Below are positions 1-12,186 of a stretch of DNA of 64,000 nucleotides, in pieces. The position numbers and the translations under genes are program-made. Source of the stretch: Octopus vulgaris. Lineage: Eukaryota. Location: NCBI GenBank assembly GCA_951406725.2, contig OX597826.1:57846001-57910000 (forward strand), in the 5' to 3' direction. The notes under the pieces were generated by a model. That model had not been told where the DNA came from. It saw only the letters and a list, made by a program, of their open reading frames with translations, and did no database searches. Position 1 is the stretch's first letter. The number at the start of each line of letters is the position of its first letter.

Positions 1-534
1 GTTTGGCTATTATCTTCGGTGAGACACATGTAAGATGGCGTTATTAAACATAATTTATTTGTTTAACCGACTTTGAGTTTTGTTTACACACACATATGCA
101 TATACGTCTATCTCTCTCTTCCTCTCTTTCTTGTTAACTATTTATCATGAGATAAGTTATGGCTATGAGAAAGAAAAGGTAAATTTCAGTTGGTTCAAAC
201 TGTTAAACTACTTATGCAACAAATGTTATTTCTCAAAGAACTATATATGTAATCAAAAGGCTATCAAGAGATTTGAAACAGATAAATATCATGTCAGTTC
301 GATACACGTTGACAGCAACAATTGTCTTTCTTCAACAATTACATTTCCTGTCAGTAGAATATTGTTGTAAGACACTTATTAATCAATATTTATTTATTCA
401 GATATGCAAATATGCAAATTAATTTACTGATCCTTGATAAACAACTGCATGGATCTGCATGAAATCACTCTTCTTTTCCTTTTTATTGACGTTCATCGAT
501 AAACGTAAAATAGAAAACCTTTATGCGATTGCAA

Positions 535-720
535 AATCGCTAGAAATAGAAGCCAGATCTCACTAAAATCACACACTTCCACCTTTAAAAAACACAATGG
601 ATGGTTTAGTCTTAAAATAGCTATATTTGAGAAAAAAAGGTAACGGACAAAATTCGAAGGTTTTAAATAATATATACATGTTCATTCAATTTTAGGGTTA
701 ATCTAGGTCTAAACAGCAAC
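535..720. repeat. Dispersed unclassified repeat (ctagaaatag..gcca.atctc family)
   Basis: Similar degenerate sequence recurs at about 34220-34430, 37800-38000, 43410-43620, 47960-48130 and 56900-57070 in both orientations. Confidence 0.45.
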
Positions 721-724
721 TCCC

Positions 725-761
<37 letters not shown>

Positions 762-854
762 CCACACACACACCATATTTGATGGCATAAAAGACACACA
801 GATATATCAGACGTACAGGTATATTAGACGTATCCAAATTTTAGCAGTGAATAG

Positions 855-1078
855 CCTTTTAGCATTCAGGTTACTCTGTCAAATGGAACACTTAATTATT
901 AACATTGTTTCTAATGAATCGTGCATTATCTCATAGCTTTGAGATTTTGGAGACGTGATTGTATATTTTTAGAAGGATGTTGAAGGTTGGCTGTGAGAAG
1001 TCAGATCTGACCGGTTCGAACATAAAACAAGGAGAATATTTGGGCCGGATATAGTCTATTTAGATGCTAAAGAATTAA
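855..1078. mobile_element. Degenerate MITE, possibly piggyBac-like
   Basis: Ends ccttttagcat ... atgctaaagaa(ttaa) form an imperfect terminal inverted repeat with TTAA at the right end. Confidence 0.4.
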
Positions 1079-1233
1079 AACTTATATAGAAGGCCCACTT
1101 TTGCATTTAGGATCCGGTGTGGGGGGTTTTTTTGTGTGTTTTGCACACTTTTGTAGGAAAAAAAGTGTCTTATACGCCATCAAATTCGGTTATAAACACG
1201 TACTTACTGCGCTAGCACGCGCGCACACACATA

Positions 1234-1385
1234 CAGAGCCGGCGACCCGGGCAAGCTGAACTTCGGCTTGTACAAGCTGATGGTCGTGGAAATTTCCTTG
1301 TCCTTGTCACTCCCACCTTGGCGTCCCCTAGCATATGGCGCCCCGGGCGACTGTCCAAGTTGCCAGTACCTTGAATCGGTTCTCT
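1234..1385. mobile_element. Short GC-rich insert, possible non-autonomous hAT element
   Basis: GC island starting cagagccgg and ending atcggttctc, with internal ccgggc(a/g)a motifs. No clear TSD. Confidence 0.3.
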
Positions 1386-1395
1386 CTCTATCTCG

Positions 1396-1429
<34 letters not shown>

Positions 1430-1431
<2 letters not shown>

Positions 1432-1628
1432 AAATGTGACCGCGTGTGTACCGTTGGCGATTTTTTCCTCCGTCTTCCCTTCTTTGGATCTTTCCTTTTC
1501 CTCTGTTTCTGACGAAGAGCTCCGCTCGAAACGTTAAACCCTCCTTCTTTCCTGAGCATCCAATAATACTATACTTGTTCCACGTCCTCGCGTTGTTGTG
1601 CTTTCTCTTTGTGTTTTCATGTTTGGAT

Positions 1629-1633
<5 letters not shown>
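1430..1633 (+). mobile_element. Penelope-like pseudo-LTR fragment, family 1, inserted in (TA)n
   Basis: About 200-bp insert flanked by (TA)n on both sides, near-identical copy at 14723-14922, contains a minimal hammerhead motif. Confidence 0.7.
1505..1539 (+). ncRNA. Minimal type I hammerhead ribozyme, canonical C3:G8 core
   Basis: GTTT-CTGACGA-A-GAGC(TCC)GCTC-GAAA-CG-TT^AAAC: stem I GTTT/AAAC, stem II GAGC/GCTC, palindromic stem III ACGT, predicted cut after 1535. Confidence 0.75.
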
Positions 1634-1668
<35 letters not shown>

Positions 1669-2802
1669 CACACACACACACACACACATTTAATAATCCC
1701 TTGTCAGAAATTCCTAAATCTGATAACTTCCAAATTCTGATTTATTTTTCCAAAGGACAGGCCCCACAAAAGCAAAAATTCCAGAAAGCGCTTAGAAGAT
1801 TATCTGAAAATTAGCCCGACGAGTTGTCAGCCGTCGTAAGTGACGTGATCTGCCCTGGGTTGAGTGAAAACGTAATACACGGATTTGTTTTCGATTAAAC
1901 ATGAAATGTTTTATAAGTAAAATTGTTATAAATGTAAAACTTGACAAGTGTCAAATTTATATAAAACTACCTCCACGTTCTATGGATGGACTCTTTTATG
2001 AATATAAAAACATAACATGTTTAAATTTAGATTCCATATACATGCTGTCCCTAATGTGCGGTTCGTGTCGATCCATAAGTGCTTTGGTGACTAGCGTCAA
2101 ACGCACGAAAACTTGAAGCATGAGGAAAATAATGCCGTTTACCAACACAGTTATGACTGTGCACGCATTTTAGCCGCTCTCGGCATTTCTTTTTGCTTTA
2201 TCAATTTGCGATAGTGAACAAATTATAGTAAAAAGCCAATTACTTATTGTAAGGTCGGCATATCGTTCTTGATATCTAGTTATAACCACTCTATTTATTT
2301 AATATCTGTCACATTTTAAGTTATTGGTCCTGTTTATAAAGACACGAGTATTTCATTCTTTCAACTGAGTGGCTTTTGTGTAACATAAGATATCTAATTG
2401 TAAAACTTATTTTGTTGAATAATCAGAATCTGCAAAACTATTCAATTATTAGAAAGATGTCTTTTTAATATACGCAAAAGAATAGAAGAAACTCGGCTGT
2501 AGTTTGAATGTGAGACTATTAAGTGGTAAATACATAGCATTTCTTTCATTCTGTAATATACTTGAACCAATTACGACCTCGATCTATAGCCGGAAAAAAT
2601 GTCGCTAATCATTTTGCCCGGCATGCTTAACAATTCTGGCAGTTGCCGCCTGAACACCGAGTTAATTTCCTTGTAGTATATAGTCACATCCTTTCACGTT
2701 CCGGATTCGATATTGCTTTGGTTGATAATTTGCCTCTCACCTTTCATTAGAATTTGTGGTCTCATGCGAAAGTTAGTAATCCTCATTTTTTTAGAAAGCG
2801 AT

Positions 2803-3440
2803 TAGTTTTGGCACAATAATAACCTGAAGAACAAAATAAAGATCAGCGTCTACAGGGCCGTGGTTCACACCACTCTTCTCTATGGCTCAGAGACCTAGAT
2901 CACTTACCGCAGTCACATCCGTCTCCTCGAGCGCTTCAACCAACGATGTCTCCGCACCATCCTCAACATACACGGGTGTGACTTCGTCACAAACATTGAA
3001 GTCTTGGAGTGGGCCGAGATGCCCAGCATTGAAGCCATGCTACTGAAGTCCCATCTCCGATGGGCAGGGCATGTCTCCAGATTGGAGAACCACCGCCTTC
3101 CTAAGATCGCCCTGTTTGGCGAACTCTCCACCGACCACCGAGTGAGAGGAGCTCCGAGGAAGCGCTACAAAGACTGCCTCGAGAAGTCTCTAACAGCAAG
3201 TCATGTTAACCACCAGTGCTGGTCAGACCTGGCTGCGGACCGTGATGTCTGGCGCCACACGATCTTCAACGCGCTCAGCAAGTTTGGGGAACAAAGAAGA
3301 GACGCGCTTAAAGACAAGAGACGCAGGAGGAAGGCGCAAGCCGCCTCTGTCACCACACCGGATGTTACCTACGTCTGTGGACACTGCTCACGGACCTACC
3401 TTTCCTATATCGGACTTGTCAGTCATGAGCGTGCATGCAC
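2803..3440 (+). mobile_element. RTE/BovB-clade LINE 3' fragment (post-RT region with C-terminal Zn knuckle)
   Basis: Translation KISVYRAVVHTTLLYGSET*...LRWAGHVSRLENHRLPKIALFGEL...CGHCSRTYLSYIGLVSHERAC. In-frame stop; GC-rich relative to flanks. Confidence 0.9.
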
Positions 3441-4976
3441 GCAAAATAGTCCAGTATCAAACGAAGATGTTTTACGGCATCTTTTAATTTTGTATTCAAA
3501 TTCGGTTTGGAATAAACTTTGCCTTTTATTCTTCAGGTAGCAGCAGAAGTCAATATAATGATTACCAGTAATATGCTAAGGTTGATTCAATCAACTGAGC
3601 ATACGAATCCAACAAAACTGAACTTACGGATAATCAAAAGAAATCATTTTTACAAGTCTATACTCTTTACGTTGTTATGGGTTAAACGAGTTTGACCTGG
3701 GTTTCAAATGTTTTAGGAAACCAATTCAAGACAATAATTGGTTGATTCTTCTGAAAAAAAAAAGGCTAAAAGAAGGAAAGAAAATATACATAAAAAATGT
3801 TATCGAATAAAAAAAATCAAGAGCTTTTATCTATTTTAGACAAATAGTGAAATACCAGTGAATGCAGAAATACAAGGAAGTATTGATTTCTAGGTAGAAA
3901 TACTGGTTTAAACCCCTATTTCTTTAAACTACAATCAACAGTCTATGTTTTGTTAGCAACTACTTATCAAGGCTTTGTAGATGTTGATATTTACAACTGG
4001 TTCTAAAAATATTTCCTCAGAATTGAAAATGTCAGCTTCCTTTTCCAAAGTCAAAGCAATTAGATCCTTAAAGAGTAAAATACTGGGAACAAAAAATCTT
4101 TTTTTAATATTTAAACAAATAAATAAAATTTGAAGTATTTTGTTGAAATCAAATAATTCTTAAATATAAGTAATAAAGACACATCTGATAAAAGTTACTT
4201 TTCGATAATAATCGTAAAGTGTATTATTAGAAGCGTACTTTTTTTTTTTTTTTCAGTTCGAAAAGAAATTAAATTTTTCGAAATTTTTCCTCAAAGCACT
4301 TTCTCTTTAAAGTAAAAATCTGTGGTTCCTTAGAAAGATGATGAAATATTTACTGATGGTTGAAGAAAAGTGGTTATGTAAAGTGTGAACTGTTAAACTG
4401 GCGAACCTGATACATAAAGTTAAATCATAAAGTTTTGGGGGCTTTTTTTTAATCCCTCGGGTGATGGACAATGAAACAAGCATTAGGATGGCGTATTTGA
4501 ATTTGAAGAGCAATCATCAACGTAGTACAAAATTTGTAAAGAAAACTTTAGCTTTGTTGAAATTTTCTCTACAAATTCTATATTGTGATTAGCATTCGGC
4601 ACGTGAAGCAATTAAGATTACAGGTACCCATACGAATATGATACCCTTTAAATATGGAAATACGATATTTATTGTGGTATATAACTGAAAAGAGACAGAA
4701 TGGAAGAATAAAATAAGGAGGAAAGCAAGAGCTTGATAAGTGAAAGAAAACGAAGAATGAAAGATCCAGTCAGATTGGCGAAATAGAACAAAAGCGCGAG
4801 GTAGCGATACAGGACGACAGAAAGAGTGAGAAGGAACTAATTAGAACTCCAGAGACAAAACGAAAGAAATAAGAGAGCGAGACGGAACGAAAGAAAGAAA
4901 GAGCTAGAGAGACGGAACAACATAGAACGTTAGAGAGAAAGAACATAGAATGCAAGAAAAACGGAAAGGAAAATAT

Positions 4977-4979
<3 letters not shown>

Positions 4980-5073
<94 letters not shown>
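4980..5073. repeat. (GA)n(GT)n compound microsatellite
   Basis: Direct reading. Confidence 0.95.
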
Positions 5074-5075
<2 letters not shown>

Positions 5076-5642
5076 CAAACAAAATGAAAAATAAATAAAA
5101 ATTATGAAGAAAAAAAAGGCATCAAAAGTTGAAGGGGAAAAGTGAGATAAAAGAATATCTTCCACTGAAAAATGAAAATGCAAAATGTAAAAAGGACCAC
5201 AAAAATGAAAAAATGGGGTGCAAAATTAATAGCATTTACTTCATACATAGACTACAGAGATGAAACAGCTACTGTTATCACCACCACCACCACCACCATC
5301 ATACATATTTTTTTCTTTTCCCCTCATTAATTCTAAATAATAAGGTAACCTGTATAGAAAAATAGAACCCTAAAGGATCTTTAAACGCACGCGTACATCT
5401 GTACGTACACACATAAATCTGATTATATAAATACATATGCATCTGTATAAATATATGTATACATAAATCTGTACACACAAATCTCAGATTGTGTATGGTG
5501 CGTGTGTGTGCCTGTAGAATGTATGTACGTGCTTGCGTGCTTGCATGCATACATCTGTATAAACGCATATATACACCTTTATATATATATATATATATAT
5601 ACAGGTACATATCTGTATGCACACACAATTATTAAAAAAAAA

Positions 5643-5850
5643 AGGGGGTGATTGGTAGGTGGGGGGGGGGGGGAAGAAAACAGCAGTAAGATATAACAAG
5701 TTCCTCTCGTTGCTAATAACATGGAATGCTAAGGGAGACACGAGCTTGTACATGCGAAGAAGGTAGAAAAACAAAGATTAAAGCGCAACAACTGCAAGAA
5801 GAGAACAACAGCAACAACAAGAACTGTTGCTATTACTACTGCTACTACTG

Positions 5851-5882
<32 letters not shown>

Positions 5883-5902
5883 ACACCTTCAACAAGGTAA
5901 GA
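5643..5902 (+). promoter_or_regulatory. Possible promoter and 5' first exon of an unidentified host transcript
   Basis: G-rich tract with reverse CCAAT (ATTGG), then non-TE sequence with CAA/CTA/CTG triplets ending in the strong donor AAG|GTAAGA at 5896/5897. Confidence 0.35.
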
Positions 5903-6705
5903 AGGAAAAGACAAAAAAAAAAGACAAGTACAAAGAAGAAAAAAAAATACACAGAAAGAGTGTGGAAGGCAAGACAAGACAAGACAAAGAAGGAAAAACA
6001 AGAAAAGTAGGAGAAAGCAAGAGTCTCCCAATTTTGAGTCGGTGGGATTAAGGGAAATTCTATTCCAGAGTGAGTCATCAAAAGTTGCCCTTTGGGAAGT
6101 AGTAGAGATATTCGAAAGACAACAGCAGCAGATAGGAGAAATAAAGAAAGAAAGAAAGAAGCAAGACAAGGTAGTAATGGTGGTGGTGGTGGTGGTGGCG
6201 ATGATATTGGTAACGCAACACCAGCACCGATGATTGTGGTGGTGGTGGTGGTGGTGGTAATGGTGATGAACAGTTTGGGTTGGTAGGGGGTATCCAACAA
6301 GTTGCCGTATCTTCGTTTCGTTTCGTTTCTAAGGAGATGCGAAAAGCAGAAAAACAAAAACAAAAACAAAAAAAAAAAACAAAAAAAAATAAAATAAAGT
6401 CTGAACAATGTCAACTTGTTAGATCTCTTAGAGTGAGTGGAAGCTAAGAGATTTTTCTCATTATCATTATTATTTTATCGTCATTTATTAATATCATTCA
6501 TTTTATGATAACAAACAGAACCACCACCACCACCATCAGCATCATTATCACCAGTATTCCTCCTATGAAGCAATACAAATGCGTACAATGCATATATCGC
6601 TGTGTGTGCATATCTTTGAATGAAGGCGTATATGTGTGTGTATCTTTGTTTCTGTGTATGCATAATCATTGTATAAAATATAACACGTTTTGAGTATAAT
6701 TGTTA

Positions 6706-6764
<59 letters not shown>

Positions 6765-7075
6765 ACGTACGTATGTAGACACATACACACATTTACAAAA
6801 AGCATGCAGCTATAAATGCCTATTGTAGTGGCATGTGCAGGTGTATAGAGGAAGAATGATAATATTAGTGAAACTTGATAGGTGATAAAGAAAGATGTAT
6901 ACTTGAAGTTATACAAAGCAACGAAGATATTCCGACAGGCGATGTGTGTGTACAAACACACATGGCCTGTCAGAACATCTATATATATATATATATATAT
7001 TCATAGCCATACAAACAGCATGAACACAGGCATTACACACATACGCATACACTGAAACATGCGATAGGTCTGTAG

Positions 7076-7515
<440 letters not shown>

Positions 7516-7860
7516 GAGAGAGAGAGAGAAGATGAAAGGTAGTTTAGCAACGAGCATATCTGACACTGTATGCTGAAGATGTTCTGACAAAGAGTGCATT
7601 CATGTTAGGAATGCAACAGCCATGTGCATATTTCAAAATTTTAACAAGATACACTTGAAACGTCGTCGTCATCATCATCATCATCGTCGTCATCATCATC
7701 ATCATCGTCGTCATCATCATCATCGTCATCATCATTATCATTATAAATATCAGTTTCATTACCCTTCATTTTAGCATAGTTAAAACTCATGCTGAAAGAT
7801 AATGACTGAAAGTATATCCTAGCGCATTATAGAATCCATGATATATTCAAAGTTGTGTGC

Positions 7861-7892
<32 letters not shown>

Positions 7893-7898
7893 CACACA

Positions 7899-9400
7899 CA
7901 GATCATCGGCATATAGATGTTCACAGTGACAACTGCTCTTAAACTCCGGTGTTAACAATCAACACTAATATACACAGGAGCAGATGGAGATCAGAGCTTC
8001 GATGTCCATCTAAACTATACGCTAAACTTGTAGCTAATACTCACCTTACTGACATCATCTCTATGTATGGCTTGCGCAGCCCTGACAATCCATTCATCTA
8101 CAAGCTAGTTTCCTTAGCAACCACCACACTACAGAACGTGGTACTACTCTGTCAAAGGCATTCACCAGTTTAACGAATTCTAGGCATAGTGACTTGCTCT
8201 TTGCGAAAACCTCCGTGGTTGTCCTACGAGAAAGAGAACATCTATGATCGCCTCTTCTGATACAAATCCGGGCTGCGCCTCATCTAGGCTAATTTTTGTC
8301 CAAATCAAACGTTTTATCGTTGTCTATTACTTGGTCTACCTGTTAGATGTATCTGTAGTTGTTTTTTTAAAGAGCATACCTTTCGACTTACTAGCAGCTG
8401 ATTCAACGCCAAATAAATCATTAGAAATTACTCATTTCTGTACTACCGATTTGACTATATAAGTAATTAGCTTGTCACCTTTCGTAGGATATTTTCAGCA
8501 TCTCAGCGACAACCCAGATGGTCCGGCTTCTTTATTTGGCTTCCTATCTTTAACATCAATACCAGTGCTTTTCAAACTTTTTGCTGGAGCGGAACCCCAA
8601 GGAAACATTCCACTGGCTTGAGGAACCCCTGTGCAATAATTTAATAGTTTTATGCACACTTATCTGCAAAGGAGAATTAAAAATTACTGCCGATTTTAGC
8701 AATTTTGTAACTTCTTGCGGAACCCCTGGACTGTACTGGCGGAACCCTGGTTGAAAACCACTGGTCTATACACACCATGTACTTGTCAATTTCAGTAGCT
8801 GATCTTTTTGTTGGATTTACTTGAGGTAGCCAACCTCTCTCCCATTTTTGTTAACACTTTCATGCCCCTGTCTTAGTATCGTTAAGAGCAAGTGCACTAT
8901 CATTATGCACATACTATTAACCAACGACATCCAGAACAACTCACGCTTGCGATACATTGCAGACACTGGTAAAAACTCTTATTTTCTGTTTTTTTCCCTT
9001 TTTAAGTGTATCTGACGAGTAAGCTTCTCTTCTCGCGGTCTGGTATTGTCCCTTCCCTTTTCCTTCTATTCTTTCCAGGCCCGTCTCTTAGTTTTTATGG
9101 TCATCTATAATTATACAGCAGTGTAACTTTCCTCTTGGCTAGAACCTTGATCCATTCACAGATCGAGTTTGTGGCTCATTTTAAAGTTTTGTAGAAACTT
9201 CTTTATTATAAATTAATTTTTCCTCTCCTCCTCAACATAATACTTTGAACCCATACCTCGACATGGATTCTTTCAAGTTCCATGCCTTCTTTCTCCAGTC
9301 TATCTGATGTTCTAAGGTCTGTCGGGCTCTTATTCTAACGTAATTTAATCACGAAGTTCTTTGAGTCATAACATAGGAGTTCAAAACAAGACGTATGTAG
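7899..9400 (-). mobile_element. RTE-clade LINE, inverted 5' segment (linker and RT N-terminal half up to YADDL)
   Basis: Minus strand gives degenerate AEMLK, ISLDEAQPGF, NAFDRV, VDEWIVRAAQA and LYADDL; interrupted by the hAT MITE at 8563-8763. Confidence 0.8.
8563..8763. mobile_element. hAT/Charlie-type MITE
   Basis: TIR CAGTGCTTTTCAA...TTGAAAACCACTG, repeated GGAACCC subterminal motifs, 8-bp TSD atcaatac/gtctatac (6/8). Confidence 0.8.
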
Positions 9401-9429
9401 AAAATTTTGTATGCTATCGGCATACAAAA

Positions 9430-10355
9430 GTTCTCTTTGCTGAGTCTGTCAAAAATTCAGAGAAGAAATTCCAAATCCTGAAACAAAACCTAACAGAGTG
9501 AGATCTTAAAATAAACCATCTGAAGACGAAAGTATTAGCGGAAAGAAGACAGAACTCTACTACCATTTCAGAAGTGATCAATACACACACACACACAAAA
9601 GGAGTAGGTGGAAATGCCTTACGGTGTACCAAATGAGAACATAAGAGATTAAGTGGAATCACAAACAGGCTCACAGAGAAGGACTTCGTATGGAGATGAA
9701 CAGGAAGTAATTCTTCCAAATGTTAAGAAAGCTCCTTAGAATTAGAGGATAGCTTCCGTTATTGACATGATCTAATTAGCAATCGACTGAGGTTATTCTA
9801 AAAGCACTTTATTCAGTTTAAGAACAGAGCGAAGAAAGCTCGAGAGCTTTCACATCAGCTGGAAACAAAGAGATTCTCTTTCAGGGTGAAGAGCAGATTG
9901 CGAGGTGCTTGTGAATAAAGTGCGATGCTGCATTGTAGAGAAACATGAGCATCGAATACAGAGGATGTGCAAAGACAGGAAAGAAATGGGGCTCCGCTGG
10001 ATGTTTAATGTTAGCGTGCATAACAAGAGGGCACAAATGAGTAGGGGTTTGAGAGGGGTAGGATGAAGTGTAGAAGACAAATGCAATGTGCGTGGAAGAT
10101 GACAGTCAAGATAAAGAAGAGTCAAGTGATCCAAGTGGAAGGAAACTGCAGAAAAGAAAAAATCCCTCAAAACACAAAACTGTGATGAAAGCTGATCACA
10201 AGAGGCTAGACCCGACGAAGGAGTTAACAAAAACCTATAAGTGATGAGATATTGCTGGAAGTTACCTGTTTAACCCTTCTATGTTTGGAAAAACAGACTT
10301 ATGATGAAGATGACAACGACGATGACAAGAACGAGAATAAGGATGATGATGATGA
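9430..10355 (+). mobile_element. RTE-clade LINE, sense 3' segment of the same insertion
   Basis: Begins VLFAESVKNSEKKFQ, the sequence right after YADDL in the copy at ~17080; continues FSFRVKSRL...AMLH; GAT-rich tail. Confidence 0.75.
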
Positions 10356-10494
10356 AAGATTTAAAACACGATAAATCATGTCGATATATAAGACTGGGAG
10401 AGGGTCACAGTTGAATGCATATCTTTAGACTGTGTGTGATGTCCATGATCAATTTTCTTTTCTTGATAAATTCTGAGATTATAATATCTCTCTT

Positions 10495-10909
10495 TTCTCT
10501 TTACTCTTTTACTTGTTTCAGTCATTTGACTGTGGCCATGCTGGAGCACCGCCTTTAATCGAGCAACTCGACCCCGGGACTTATTCTTTTTGTAAGCCCA
10601 GTACTTATTCTATCGGTCTCTTTTTGCCGAACCGCTAAGTAACGGGGACGTAAACACACCAGCATCGGTTGTCAAGCAATGCTAGGGGGACAAACACAGA
10701 CACACAAACATACACGCACACACACACATATATATATACATATATACGACGGGCTTCTTTCAGTTTCCGTCTACCAAGTCCACTCACAAGGCTTTGGTCG
10801 GCCCGAGGCTATAGCAGAAGACACTAGCCCAAGGTGCCATGCAGTGGGACTGAACCCGGAACCATGTGGTTGGTTAGCAAGCTATTTACCACACAGCCAC
10901 TCCTGCGCC
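10495..10909 (-). mobile_element. tRNA-derived SINE family A (octopus-type), full length
   Basis: Head GGCGCAGGAGTGGCTGTGTGG...GGGTTCAGTCCC (Pol III A/B boxes), central microsatellite, AAAAGAGT-type tail; many copies in window. Confidence 0.9.
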
Positions 10910-11476
10910 TATAGTTGTTATGATATATAGAATAATTATAATATAATCATTATCATTAGTAATATTTAGCAAATTTACTAAATGATCTTCATGTCAGGCA
11001 TTAGCTTTCATCCACATGATTTCTTTAATAAATAAATATTGTTCCGTGGCATGAAGGAAATTCCTTTGTAATTCTAATCTGTTCTTTATGTCATATCAAC
11101 TGGCCAAAGTATATTCTAATGTCATCTGTAATAGACTTCATATAAAAAGTATCCTTGATTAATATACTTAATATGTTACTGCATTCTTTAACATGAAAGT
11201 TGTCTGTTAAACACGAACTTATTTGCATATATCACTACATTATACATATATGATGAATATTTAAACGCATACATGGGCCAAAGTGTATGTGTGTATGCAT
11301 GCACACACGCACACACGCGCGCGCCCACACACCCACACCCAACCACACACACATAAAGACTTTTCTTATGGAAATATCAATTTTCCTTTAACCATGATTT
11401 ATAGAATAGTGATATTTTCGTATTGCATCACAATGCTATTCTCATGCAAGATGGTAAGAGGAAGAATATAAAATTC

Positions 11477-11511
<35 letters not shown>

Positions 11512-11660
11512 ATAGGAGAGGGTGTTTATGATTACACATACATATTCATCTATGCTTCAGAATATTAATGTTTGACAATTACAGTTAGTTGTTACCTGAG
11601 ACATAAAAGAAGGCATAATAAAATTAAGTTTCGCTATATATTTGAAGCCAAAGGTGACAG

Positions 11661-11703
<43 letters not shown>

Positions 11704-11944
11704 AATGCAGCACTCAATCACAAGTCTTGACAATCTATACTCTCTGGAATATCGAGAAAAATTTGAAGACCAATGAAGCAGAAATTCCAGGTACATCACA
11801 CTAAGACCTATATGTGGGTCTTACAAAAAGTAACGGATCTTTTCCTTTTGAACGGCAGATGTCACCCATAATTATGGCCCTGGTATCGATCTATTGCATT
11901 TCAATCTATTTTAGGATTAGGGTGAGGGGTGGGGGAAGGGTATC

Positions 11945-11972
11945 TAGGGGGACAAACACAGACACACAAACA

Positions 11973-12010
<38 letters not shown>

Positions 12011-12186
12011 CATATACATATATACGACGGGCTTCTTTCAGTTTCCGTCTACCAAATCCACTCACAAGGCTTTGGTCGGCCCGAGGCTATAGTAGAAGAC
12101 ACTTGCGCAAGGTGCCACGCAGTGGGACTGAACCCGAACCATGTGGTTGGTAAACAAGCTACTTACCACACAGCCACTCCTGCACC
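11945..12186 (-). mobile_element. SINE family A, 5' half
   Basis: High similarity to 10683-10909. Confidence 0.85.

Noticed and set aside
1690-2200. Possible pogo/Tigger-like DNA transposon remnant
   Set aside because: Only a vague TIR-like start; no matching second end or transposase motif found.
3004-3540. 178-aa ORF as a host gene
   Set aside because: It is the 3' end of an RTE LINE with an upstream in-frame stop, running into flanking DNA.
9012-9030. Isolated CTGANGA heptamers (9012, 36112, 45561, 44770 minus)
   Set aside because: No stem II followed by GAAA and no closing stem I.
10679-10930. Recurrent paralogous small ORFs (GLNPEPCG / RASFSFRLPNPLT)
   Set aside because: Antisense translations of SINE family A.
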